From assembly GCA_000934665.2 (NCBI GenBank), contig JYFJ02001089.1:1-64000 (forward strand): DNA of 64,000 nucleotides. The letters are read 5' to 3'. The translations under genes and the position numbers were made by a program. The notes beneath the pieces are model-generated. The model did no database searches. It had not been told where the DNA came from and saw only the letters and a program-made list of their open reading frames with translations. The DNA comes from Catajapyx aquilonaris. Taxonomy: Eukaryota. The first letter of the stretch is position 1, and every line of letters begins with the position of its first letter. Shown in pieces: positions 46,301-58,300 of the stretch.

Positions 46301-49300
46301 GATATTCCCATGCACATGTGGATTGTCACAATGAGCACAAGCTTGTTGTCCTTTTTATTTCGGGCTCCCAGTTCTCATGGGAATGGGATGGGTACAAACC
46401 ATGTAATGATACTGTGCGTAATTAATGCGTCCATAAACATTTTGAATTTCTTTCCTTTCAGGTAAGGCTGTCCGTTGCATCCATGGGGACTGAGGCTGTT
46501 AGCGGTGAGGAAGGTTTTCTGTGGTTTATGCAGAAAATCAGATGCCGGAAGGGTGTGGAAAAACGTTTGGCAGGCCCCCCCGAATCTTCTTGGAGGTGCA
46601 AATTCATCAAGTTAACCGAGTTATCAGGGGCCGCTGCGGGAGCTAATTAGGACCGTACGGCTAGAAAATTACGGTCGGCATTAACCTACTTGGACCGCCA
46701 TCCTCTGCTTTGCTTTCCTTATGATTATTACCCGACAGTGTAATGCGCCGGATAAAGTCCTGGATTACATAATCCCTGATCCTCCTAGCTTAATGACTCG
46801 CGTGCAAGACTCTTTCGCCAGTTTTGCGACTTTAAAGGTGACAACGGAGATGGGGGTGGGAGAGAGTATATGATGATATTAGTTTATACTGCATATTTCA
46901 ACATTAGAAGGTCGTTCCCCCAAGGTGTTTGCAGTCTGTAATGCCCCGGATATTGAATTAAGTATGTGGCTGAATTAAATATTGTAGACATAGATATACT
47001 GCCACTTTAAGGAGGAGGAATGAAAGCCTAATTGGGCACAACTTTATAGCGTAAGAAACTTTGGGTGAACACGGAACTTATTATAATGGCTTGGGTTAGC
47101 TGCAATTAACTGCAGGGCTGAAGGAAATTTTTCTTTCAACTTTGTGGGATTAAAGTTTGGCCAAGTTGAAAAGTAAATGTACCGCACTGTACATGCAATG
47201 CATTTGCTGGGTCTACTCAGCAGTATTATCGGTACGTGTTAAAAGTATACTGCCTATTACTAGTCGTGGTTATGTAAGCCCATTCAGTTCCGAACTGCTC
47301 TCATAACATTTAATATGCTTGCCAATTTAGTCCTTTACAAATTGCGAAACGGGATTTCGCATAAGGAAATGCATGATTTATTACCAGAGCATATTGTAAT
47401 GAATGAAAACTGCTCGCGTGGTATTCGCACATTGCGTTAGGTAAAATTAGAAACTTTTTTAACTCGCGTGCTGCATAATCGCACGTTTTCTGCTTATAAT
47501 ACTGAAGCACTTTCTCCTAACATTTTTTTTTCTATCCGCGAATCGCAAGTGCGAATCAATCTTATCGCCTCGCCATTCCATACGACTTATACAGCTCCCT
47601 ACCCGGCATTTCTGCGGAACCGGGAATTATTCTCCGATGAGCGTTTGTGTGAGATATGCTCAGTGTGTGAGCTACGCCTCGTGTCATTTTTCATATTATA
47701 TTCATCCCAGCAGACCTTTTGTCTTTTTTTTTTTTTCAACATAGCGCGTGCCAGGGCTTCCAAGATGGAAAAAAAATTCGGGTTTCGCGTCGTCGCAGTT
47801 ATAAAGCTGCTCATGGCAGGCCTCCCATATATATTTTTACCACGCTGTACTGACTGGATGAAACGCTAAATTGGCCCCTTAGTTATTTGAATGAGGGTCG
47901 GATGGTGTTAGTCGAGTGCCATCAGGCCTGACAAAATAATTCGGCCCCCAGTTTATCTCTCAGCCCCGCAGAATATACGGGGGGGCCGACTTGTTTACGA
48001 CCCTTCATTGTATTGGGTATTTCGCGGAAACGTTCTTTGTGATTAACAATTGCACGTTATCGCCAATTTATCATGTCCGCATAATTTTTCACGGGGGGGT
48101 TCGTCTGGACTGCGGAGGATTTTAATAATTAACTGGTTGGGGAAAATCCCTGGGTTTTTTTCGGGGGAGATGTAAATCATTTATAAGCGGTTTGGCTGGC
48201 AACGGAATTAGGTCCCAAGGAAAATAAGCATCCTAGTCTGTATACCATGGATTCTGCTAATTTCCAAAGCGGAGGTAGCTCGATTTATGGTTTGACCGCA
48301 ATAAGAATTATGGGCCGGTAAGCGTTAGCACCAGGATTGAATGCAGAGGGATTTTGAGCTACGAATTTTTAGGAGCGTCGGAAAAAAAAGAGCAGGTGGT
48401 GCTTTTTTCAGTGTTTGTGAATATGTACGGTTGACAGCCGGAACACATACGGTTTAGAAAAATTTGTACTGGGGCTGGGATTATAATGGTAAACAGTGCG
48501 GAATAATCTGAACGGGCCGGATATGCCGGATGAAACTTTTGTTGTATCAACATTGGAGCGGGTGTATGTGCGATTTGTTGCTGTATAGAGTCGGGCTGAA
48601 ATTTAGTGGAAGGAACAAAACTAAACACAAAAAAAGAGCGTGCTGCAGCGAAATGTTAATTTAGTCCGTTTTAAATGGACTGGGGCCATAATCTCGTTTC
48701 CGGGACATACGGAATTCCTGGCAATCACATTTGTAGACGTTTGGGTATAACAAGGTTGTAGCCACCATAACGATCCCATTTCCCGCCCAGTGGAGCAAAG
48801 TGTAACGTGAAATCCCGCAGTTGCTTTTTTCCTTCTCTATTTTTACTGATTAAGCTAGGGGCTTGTTGGGTCCCATAGAGCCTGGGTTTAATTAGTAACC
48901 AGGAAAAATTCCTCTGATTTTTTTAAAAAAATGCGTGGATTCGTTTACTCTGGGATCATATTTACACCTGTAAAATCTTCGAAGCTGGCTCGGACCCATA
49001 TTGCTCATTAATGAGTGGCTGAATAAGTAAAGCCATGAAACCTAAACCCTGTAGTTCACTTGTAATGCACTACTAATTTATTGCTAACACGCAGGTTGTG
49101 GCTGGAGGTTAAGTGAATATTGCAGCAATTCGTGGGGTATTTATGGCCATGGATTAGCCAAAGCGCTAATGGAGCCTGCGTCTGTATTCAAAGTCGCTTG
49201 GTGTCTAGTTAGCACATGAAGAATGAAGCTGACTTCACCAGGTCGGGCCAGTGGGTTATTCGGGCCGTCTCTTGGGAAAGGAATCCGTCATGCCACTTGG

Positions 49301-52300
49301 CCATATGCAAATGCTCTGGCATGAGATTATAATAGGCTGCTGCAGGAGAGCGTGGGAAATATGAGAAGGAGAGGCTCAAGCACGATCCGATCCTAAGTCA
49401 TCACCTCTTATACCCAAGCACGATCAAGAACCAGGCTGGAATGTCTCATACTCTTTTTTTTTTGTACATATGAGTTTCGCTGAGCTGAATTAGGGAGGTG
49501 TGGCAAGGCGGACGACCTTGAGTGTCCATTTGTTCCTCCTTGGTAAGTTTTGCCTCGAGCCATTCTGACCATCCAACCAGTTGGAGGCGGATGGTCGGCC
49601 CTGTTGGCATTCCAGAGGATCTGTGGAATCCGATCGTGTTGCTCATTCTTTTGTCTGCTGTGGTTGGACAGGGGGTACTCTAGGGCAGGTGAGGGGCACC
49701 CCTGTAAAAATAGGCAACCTTGGAAGGCAGGCACCTTTTTCTTGTGGCAGCTGGCAGACGGGGCTGATTGTGGCCAGCTAAGGATTTTTCTTACTCATTT
49801 GGTCGTCTGGAAAAGCATGAGTACGATGCGGTTTTAAGTGCCGGACGCTGCGAATGACTAACGTGATTTGGAGCCCATTGTGCAGTGAGTCAGTGACGGT
49901 GCAAGTGTCGAACATGCCGGCACCGTACTATCGCCTGGCGTTGTACAGCGGAGCTCGTTTGATCAGTGGAAAGGTACGCATTTTGTGTTGGGTCATTTTT
50001 CATCTTCCGGACAACTTTTGGGAAGCTTCCGGGTGGGCCATTTTGGATGGCGCAGTATTTCAACGTCCGAAATCAGATTGCGTTGTCTGCTCCTTAAGAC
50101 TGGTTGTCTAAGTGGTTATTGATCACGCACATGCATCATTCTGACGAAGAAGTATGGGAGGGCCAGAAATATTTTTCTCTCGGAATTTTTGCATCCGTAC
50201 ACGTGACGTCACCCTCTGGAAACCATGGCTACACGTATGAGATATTGGAACAGGCACGTACGACACATTCCTTGCCACGTGTTATCAGGGGGTTATAATA
50301 TGACAAATTCCAACGTGTTTGAACTTTTGAAGTACAGGTGACCCATGAAAAGGTGCGGACCTTGGGTGCCTTTTCTTCTCACCTTTTTTTTTTTAAAGTA
50401 GAACCTGGTCGTCACCTGCTCGGATTTGCTTCCCGCGGCGAATTTTAATCAGCGTGGGGGTTTGGGGGCCAAAGCCTCTCCATTACGTCCACGGGGTTAA
50501 AGTATCGATTCTACCGAACAAGGAAAGGTAATGGAGAGAAAGCGGGTGTAAACATCCATTATATTGGTCCTTGAGTCAACCTGTACACTCAAGATTCCTA
50601 GAAAAAAAAAATGGTGAGGTCACCTCAGCTATCAAAAAACCAGGTGTTATGACTCAGTTTTTGCAGCATCAATTGTGTGCAACCACGAAAAATCCGTGCC
50701 TAGAAAAAGATCTGGTTTGCAAACAAAAAAAAAAGAAGAAGGTAGAACCAGTTTCGAATCCTAAACAAGTCCGAACTTGAGGATGCGGATCAGGATTCTT
50801 AGAGCGAGGGCTTTTGTTTCTAGGAGTTGTGCTATGCCCACTTTGCCCCGTTTTTGCTTCTCTTTACCCCGGGTTGGCAAGGCCCACATTTTGAACAGGC
50901 AAATAGTGCTTTCAATCTCTCCAAAAAGAGGCCCGGATCAGCTCGGATCCGGGCTGATTTAATTCGATGCCAGTATATGCACTATTTGTAGCAAATTCAG
51001 GAGAAAGTTTAACTTGCAGGGGAAAGGAACTCATTAACACTTGGGGATCTTTAAGACGCTGCGGGGGCCAACTCCTTAATTGCGTGTTTTGACTAAAAGT
51101 TTACTATCGACACTCAGCTTCCTGTTTCCACACTTGACTTGTACCTTGAGGGCAGGTACACACTAAAATAGGCCTGAATAATTAGCAAACTGACCCCCTT
51201 TTTTTTCGGACGGATTTGGATTTGGATGGGGAAAAGGCACAAGGGAATCCCTTTTTTAGGCATTTTTTTGTGGGCACATCCGGTGCCCCTGGATAATGTA
51301 AAAGGTCTGGTTCGGGAGGCTGCCATGTGAAGCCGGCTTGTTTTTACCTGCCCACATTCTTGCGTCGCGTGACTACTCGATGGTCACTGCCTCCTATCCT
51401 TTAGGGCACAAATGGACTTTCATTACGAGCACAAGTCATTCATCTTTTTTGTGGGTTGGAACAATAAAGTACATTGTCAAGGTTTCTCAACCGCTTGTTT
51501 CCAACAATCCGGACCATCTTTGGGCAAGCTGGCATTTTGCGAATGGTCCTTTTTTTTCGTTTGGGATGATCTGAAGGCACCGAATGTACCGCATTTTCCC
51601 CCCAACTTGCGCCTCAACTGGTGTCTCCCCAAATCGATGCCCGGAGTCTGCGGCAAAGGCAAAACCCAAGGAGCCTTGCAGGCTCACTGGACCCCCGGTG
51701 GATATGCCCAATTACGGACTTTGCAAAGGCCCAGCTGCGGCCCCTATACCCAACACATTTGTAATTCTAAGTGATCATGCGTAGGAAGGGACTTGGGGGC
51801 CAACAGCACGCGATGCACGCACTAGATATGTCCATTTTTTTTATTTTATTCGGCGGATGGATGTCCCCAGGGTGTGCGTTATATTGCAGCCTATTCCCCA
51901 TTTTTAGGGTGGTCATGAAATCGACGCACCTGCAGCGTTCTGCTTTTTAATAATGTACTGGGTGTGCTGTACTGTATATGCTGCAGGGAGAGAGCAGTTA
52001 TAGGTATATATGCAATACTAGAAATTGGCGTCATTGCACAACTTCTGAAAGTGGCTGTTGGTATGGTTGAAGTGCACTTTTGGTTTTGAGTGCTTGTTGA
52101 CATAGTACTGTACAAATAAATCTAAATATTTACTTTAAAATGAGCGGGATGTACGGTTGTGAAGCAGTAGTTTTGCCTCCAGGAGTGTAATAAAATTTTG
52201 TAAAATAATTTTAAATTTATTGCGATATTACACGATTTAAATTTAATTTTTGTATCGAAATGTATTGCAACTGCACTGGTTTCCTGTATATCTCGACGCT

Positions 52301-55300
52301 TCTGTCTTAATTAATTTGTACAGTAAATTTGCAGTAAGATTGGAAAATTAAGCCGGAAGTGTGCCACGCCCATCAGACGCATGTTGCGAAGGATGTGTCA
52401 ACAAGAGACTCCCCTAAAAGTCATTATATTAATGCCTTGATTAACTCGTAGCTTAGCAGTGTGCATAAACAGTCTTATCCACGCCATATTTGGGGCAGAG
52501 TCACCCCCAACTTTAGATTGGCAATTGCTGTAACACCCAGTACAAAACGCGAATAAGAGCAGTGGAAATTTGACCACTGCAGGGCTAATCGTGCCGAACG
52601 TTTCCAACGTGCGTAATTTCGTGGGCTCCCCCAAAACTTGCAAATCCCAGCCCAATTTCGCTCTCGATTAGAGGTCCCGAAGTGTGAAAGTGCCGGCAGT
52701 GCAAAAGAAAGTGGCAAGAGTTAAGTGGTGTTTTGACGGCAAAAAATACTGGAGGGGGAACTATCCCCTCTGGAATAGTTCAGGATGAATATGGGTGCAA
52801 AGGTAAGTGCATGTTAATTTGCATGCGATGTCTTGTGTGTGTGTATGTGATTGGTGGATATCACCATTTGTTATGCGGATCACCTCAAGGGTTGGGTGAA
52901 AGGGGACTTTGGAGATACGCCAGAATTGGGTCTGGAGGGATTCGTTATTCCAGGAGAATATCTGGAGAAGGGGATAATGGCTCCCAGGATCTATATAGCA
53001 GTTTGGGACCGAATTCAATTAGTAGTTCCCCCGCGGCCTTGTTTCGTCCTGTAGGTGGAGGCAAAAGGATGGGATAAGGCATTATGCAGATGTGGAAGGG
53101 GGGGGGGGGTAGGGAAGGAGGGCTTAAGACAATGCTGGAGAAAGCCGCGCCTGGAATTATGGATGGGTAAATCCTTCCCAGTCCTCCCCATGTTACAAGG
53201 ATCAGGAGGGTAGACTGCCAAAGTCCGTCCCGCAAAATTCTATCCCAGAAAGGGTTGGATTAGGCCGAGACTGAGGCATGTAGTGCGGTCTGCACTTTCC
53301 AGGCAGGTATTGGATTCAAAAGCGATAAGCATGCGCAGTGTTCACCCCCAAAAATGTGGAGGAAAATTGTACAGTAGAAAACGGCCGTGCTGAGAGAGAA
53401 TTTCCAGAGGAGAGAGCTGGAGGATTTTCATTTAAATTCATTGTACACCTTCCTCCCTCGAAAAGTGCTGATAATTCAAATGTGCAATTTCCCGTGGACT
53501 CACTAATTCGGTCCCTAATCTGCAAATGTCAGGTGCTAATTAGTGGTGGCTCACGTGGCCGTAATTAGTTTCGCCAAACATGCGAAAACTTTTGCCGAAG
53601 AATTTAAACGGTCCTCTTAGACTTATTGTTTCATCATCTCGCACTTTTTGCGAAGAGTTCATAACGCCGTTTGTAAAGAATCCGTTTTTTTTCGGTCTTT
53701 AGGGTTGAATTAGAGCACATTAGGGGCACCCAGCTGATCATGTCGGTTCGTCTGATCCGGAACATGCATTTGAACTGCGAAGGTGGTTAACGCCACTTGT
53801 CCTCCTTCAACGCTTAAGCGAATAGAACAGTAATTGAGGAAATTCGGCCATTCTCGCACAATTAATTAGCAGCCTAATGAGATCCATCTCCATAGCATGA
53901 TCAGCGTCATTGCAACAGCAGCAGCAGCCAGGGGGTCGTGATTGATGGACAGCCCTGTAATCCTAGTGATGGTTTAACTAACCCTGCTGAGCTTCCCCTA
54001 CCCAAAAGTGCGCAGATCCAACACTCCACCCTTTTTTCGGTTATTAAGTGAAAAAATTTATTTTTCCCCCACTTATTAAACTGAGACAGTTTTGCACATA
54101 GTGTATGTGAAAGTTTAGATCAGCCGTACATTTATACGTTTAAATTTATTTAAATGCAATGAAATTACTGTGAGTGTAAAATGTGTAATTCCACTTAAAT
54201 ACCCGAAAGAAAAGTCACAATTTTTCTACTTACAAGTAAGTGCAAATCGAATTAGCGTATGTCAGCAGATGGCCCACCAGCATGAATATGAAATTCAAGG
54301 AGCGGTGATTTACGAGAGGAATCGATAGCATTTTACGACACAAGTGGTCATTCAGAATACAATATAGCTCAGTGATATCCGTCGTCACTTCCCATTGTTG
54401 GTCCCTTGCATGTTGATGTAGTACCTTTGGCCCCACGTATGCATCGTTAAGGAATCAGCGCTTGTGGTCAGGCCTTCCGACACAGGCCATGGGACCAAAG
54501 GAAACCAGAATCCGTTTGGGGATGTAAGAGGAGAGGGGAGGAGCGTAATTTGGTAAATTGGGCAGGAGACGATTCCTATTGAGCGTGGAAAGGGGATCCT
54601 GATGGAATTACCTGATGCTTGTGGCGTGCTGCCCTACTACCACTCACACGTGCCGACTTCTTCAGGTCGATAAAAGTTTGGCCTTCCAAACCATCATGAG
54701 GGGTGGACTCAACTGTATATTTTTATAATTAGCCGATCTTAGCTTCCGGTGAGGTAAGGTGATGGCGTCATCTTCCGGTAAGAAATTTTCGTTGAAGCTA
54801 GCCTTGATCTACTGCTACTTTGGCTGGCTTCCAAGGGCTCGTTTTCATGGTGCGTCACCTTTGCCTGACCGTGCCAATGAACTCGGTCGACGCCGGTGAA
54901 TGACCAAATTCGCGGAGGATCTCAGCCGGAGTGCCTACAAATATGATTACAGACGCGGAATAAATTGAGCAACGACGATGTCGTGGCTTGGAAGCAGCGA
55001 ATATTTAATATTAGAAAATACCAAAATATTTTAGTAATGAATGGATGGTGCATTGTTGGCCAGATTTTTTTGCCCTTTTGTGCGAGGCGACATGATCGCC
55101 GAAATCTGAAAAGAGCTAGGGGCCTAAGCTAGTAAACAAGAGGAAGGAGCAACAAAAAGGGGGGTAAGTGTAAGCCTCCCAAGTGTTGGACAATCTTATC
55201 GTATCCATCCAAGCAATTTACTGGCAAGCGAGCCTCTAATCCGACAAGGCAATAAAGCTTTAGGGACACGAAAGGCGGTTGGTTCTCCAGGGAGTAACGA

Positions 55301-58300
55301 GTCTTTTCTTCTCTACACTGCAGCATCCAATAGGCTTCAAGGCAAGGAAAAGGAAGCGAAAAAAAAGGTAGTGCTTATACCTTTCTTTTTACGTGCAGAC
55401 TCATAAACAGGAGCCAATTACCCTCCAAAAATGACGCCGTAACTGTACGGCCAAACCTCATATACACACACATCCACGTGGTTTTCTGCGTTTACGGCCA
55501 ACAATATGTGGCTTTTTTTCCGACCTTTTTTTTTGTGGAAGGCGAGCTTTGTTGCTGGGGCTGAATTAGCCAAGAGGTGGTTCCCGCAGGAGTTTTTGAT
55601 CAAAGTTTAGGGCATTCTCCGCCCCCGTCTGCCTTGTATTCTTGCCTTTTTTTGTATGGTAGTCTGAAAAGAGCTGTGCGGCGCAACATTCCATTTTGGT
55701 GGGAAAGCACGTGCTCCCATTCCAGAACTCATTTGTGGCACCCACTCTTGGGTTTCGCCATATCGATTTTGGCTATGTTCTTTTTTAACCTCAAAATTTC
55801 ATTGAAAGTACGAGCACCTAAAAATATTTGCAAATGCAGAGGACTTTTTTTTTCTCTTTCTTTCAACACATTTTTTTTAGATGGTTGTTGAGGGTTGTGT
55901 AGAGTGAAAAGCAGACTCTCTGCGATGCAAATCTCTCGAGAACTATTGCATACCGTACGCCCCGTTTGCTGGGGCTGCCACCAGTCCCTCCCCTACTACG
56001 AAAAGTTACAAATTCTCTGCAGGCTTTGTATGAATTCAGGTCGCCTCTCGAGTACGAAGCCAAGCGTGGCCGCGATAACACTAAGCTCCGCTATAAGGCC
56101 CTTAGAGATATCAAGGAAATTGCCAGAATGTTCCTTTCCTTCTCCGTTTTTTTTCTTCTTTTTTTGGAGCAAAGCGTGCCTTACTTCCCCCGCATTTTTT
56201 TTTTTCGTGGCGTATTTTTTAAAAGACGTCTGAAGTCATACTTATGGAGGAGTTGAACAAATTATGGCCATTATCTTCCAACGACATATGACTTGGGGCG
56301 TTATTTTTTGCGAGCACGTGGATATGTTGCCAAAATTGCACAAATTGCGTGGCGTTCATATTTAAGTTGTCAGATGCCAAACCTTTCAAGTTTCTATGGC
56401 AATTTCCAATCGGCTTCTATAGATGCTTTAAAAACGGGAGAAAATAGGTATAGGGGGTGGAGAGGCAGAATTTTTTCCTTTTTCGTTGCAGCCTCCTTTA
56501 GCGCGCAGATGAAAGGGCGGAAATGGTGAAGGAGGTGCTTTGACCTGTTCCTCGGAGATTTCTGCACAGAAAAATATTGCATCTAGTCCGTCCCCCTTCC
56601 ATGTCTTCAAGTCGATTCAGCAACAAACGTAGGGGGAGGTTGACGAATCTTTGATGTCGCCTGGGATCCGCAAAGGCTCGGCATTAAGTTATGTACGCAA
56701 GGGCTTTTGATCTATAGGAATGGTTGTGTTCATGGCGGCAAGTTTTGATTTTTTGAGGTAAAAGTTGGGAAATCAATTCTGGGTTCGACATGGAATTTCT
56801 ATTAGCTGTGATGGAGTTAGGCGTGTTGGTGGTTAAGAGGTTTAATAAATAAACGGGTATGAACAACATTGCGGGTTAGTGTAACTGTAGGTGCAAATTG
56901 ATGCGACCGTATTATTCAATTAGGTGTGGACGGCAAGGTAAACAACAAAAAAAACTGCTTAAATATTTAGTCGTGTACGTCAGGGATTAAAGAGTGCAAT
57001 TTGGGTAGTTAGAACTTGTTTCAAAATGTCACACACACTGTTCTGGTTCGTAAATTTGCTGAACAGTCCCCAACTTTTTCTCTAAAAAATTTACTGAATG
57101 TTCACTTTGCCACACTTTTGCTCCGGTTTGAAAGTCAATGAAACCTAATAAAAGTGGGTGGATTGTATAGCTGGAAATTGCCCTTTTTTATTACAGCAGA
57201 GGGACGCACCCAACGAGAATCAATTGCTATGTCCATTCGAAACACGCAATTTTCCATTTCCGACGTAAGTGCTTTTTTTTTTTTTGAGAAATAGAAAAAA
57301 GAGGCGATGAAAAGAGGATCTCTTGACAAATCTTGACGAAAAGAAGCAAGAAGTCCACAGAGTGTGTGAGATGATAAGACCACCACCCTCCACCTCCTCC
57401 TCCTCCTCTCTCAAAAAAAGGGGCATCGATTGGCCTCACGTCTGTTGAATCCACTTCATTTTTGCCCATTTCCTTTTATGCCAGCTGGAATTTTATCGGA
57501 GGCAAAAACCGGCGTTTCTTTTATAGCTGCTGCGAGCGGCCCCGCGTATATATATCTGAACACAGGGGAGCCAACAGGATGGCCTCCGTGATGGCTTCTC
57601 CTGGAGAAGGCAATCTTTGCAAAGACATTCGTGATGGGAAACAAATATCCCCGGTTGGAGTCGTCCGCCTCTCCACCTTACCCAAATCGATCCTTGCAAG
57701 CAAACAGTCCCCTCTTCTTCTTTTTTTTTTTGCCTATACCACCCTCGATGCCTTTTATGTCCCTCAGCAGCCATGGATTTCTTTGTCTCCTTTCGCGCCT
57801 CACCGACCTGTCCTTCCGAGCAGGACAATATTGATTGGATTGGCCATCTGATGATAATATTCACAATAGGTTAAAGATCCATTAAATGTGCAGTTTAAGA
57901 TAACTATTGTTGGGTGATTATGGGGGCACTTACCATTCCTCTTTTTTAAAAAGAGGTTTATATGGAAACATGCCATGGCGCCTTTTTCGTTCTCCAACCA
58001 ATTTGGCGGGGATAGAGTGCTGGGTGTGGGTGGGTGCCGCGTGATAAAAACCCTGCTGGGGGGAGGTAGATTAATGAGGGCGTGTTCCAGATCGGTCAAG
58101 GTGGGTCCCAAAGTGTCCAGGGGGCTCTAATGGAATCGGCCAGTGGATGAGGAAGGCGGAGTTGGCCCGAAAAAAAAGTGCACAAGTGAAGATAATTAGG
58201 AAGAAGTTGGAAGGAACATATGCGATCGAATTATAATCTCTTTAAGAGGTCAATTGAATGCAAATGATGTGACTAACTCTCGAGCAGTGTGGTTTTGACA

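Noticed and set aside
55966..56256. Protein-like ORF (…YEFRSPLEYEAKRGRDNTKLRYKALRDIKEIARM…)
   Set aside because: No ATG or splice framing, runs into poly-T, and no recognisable family
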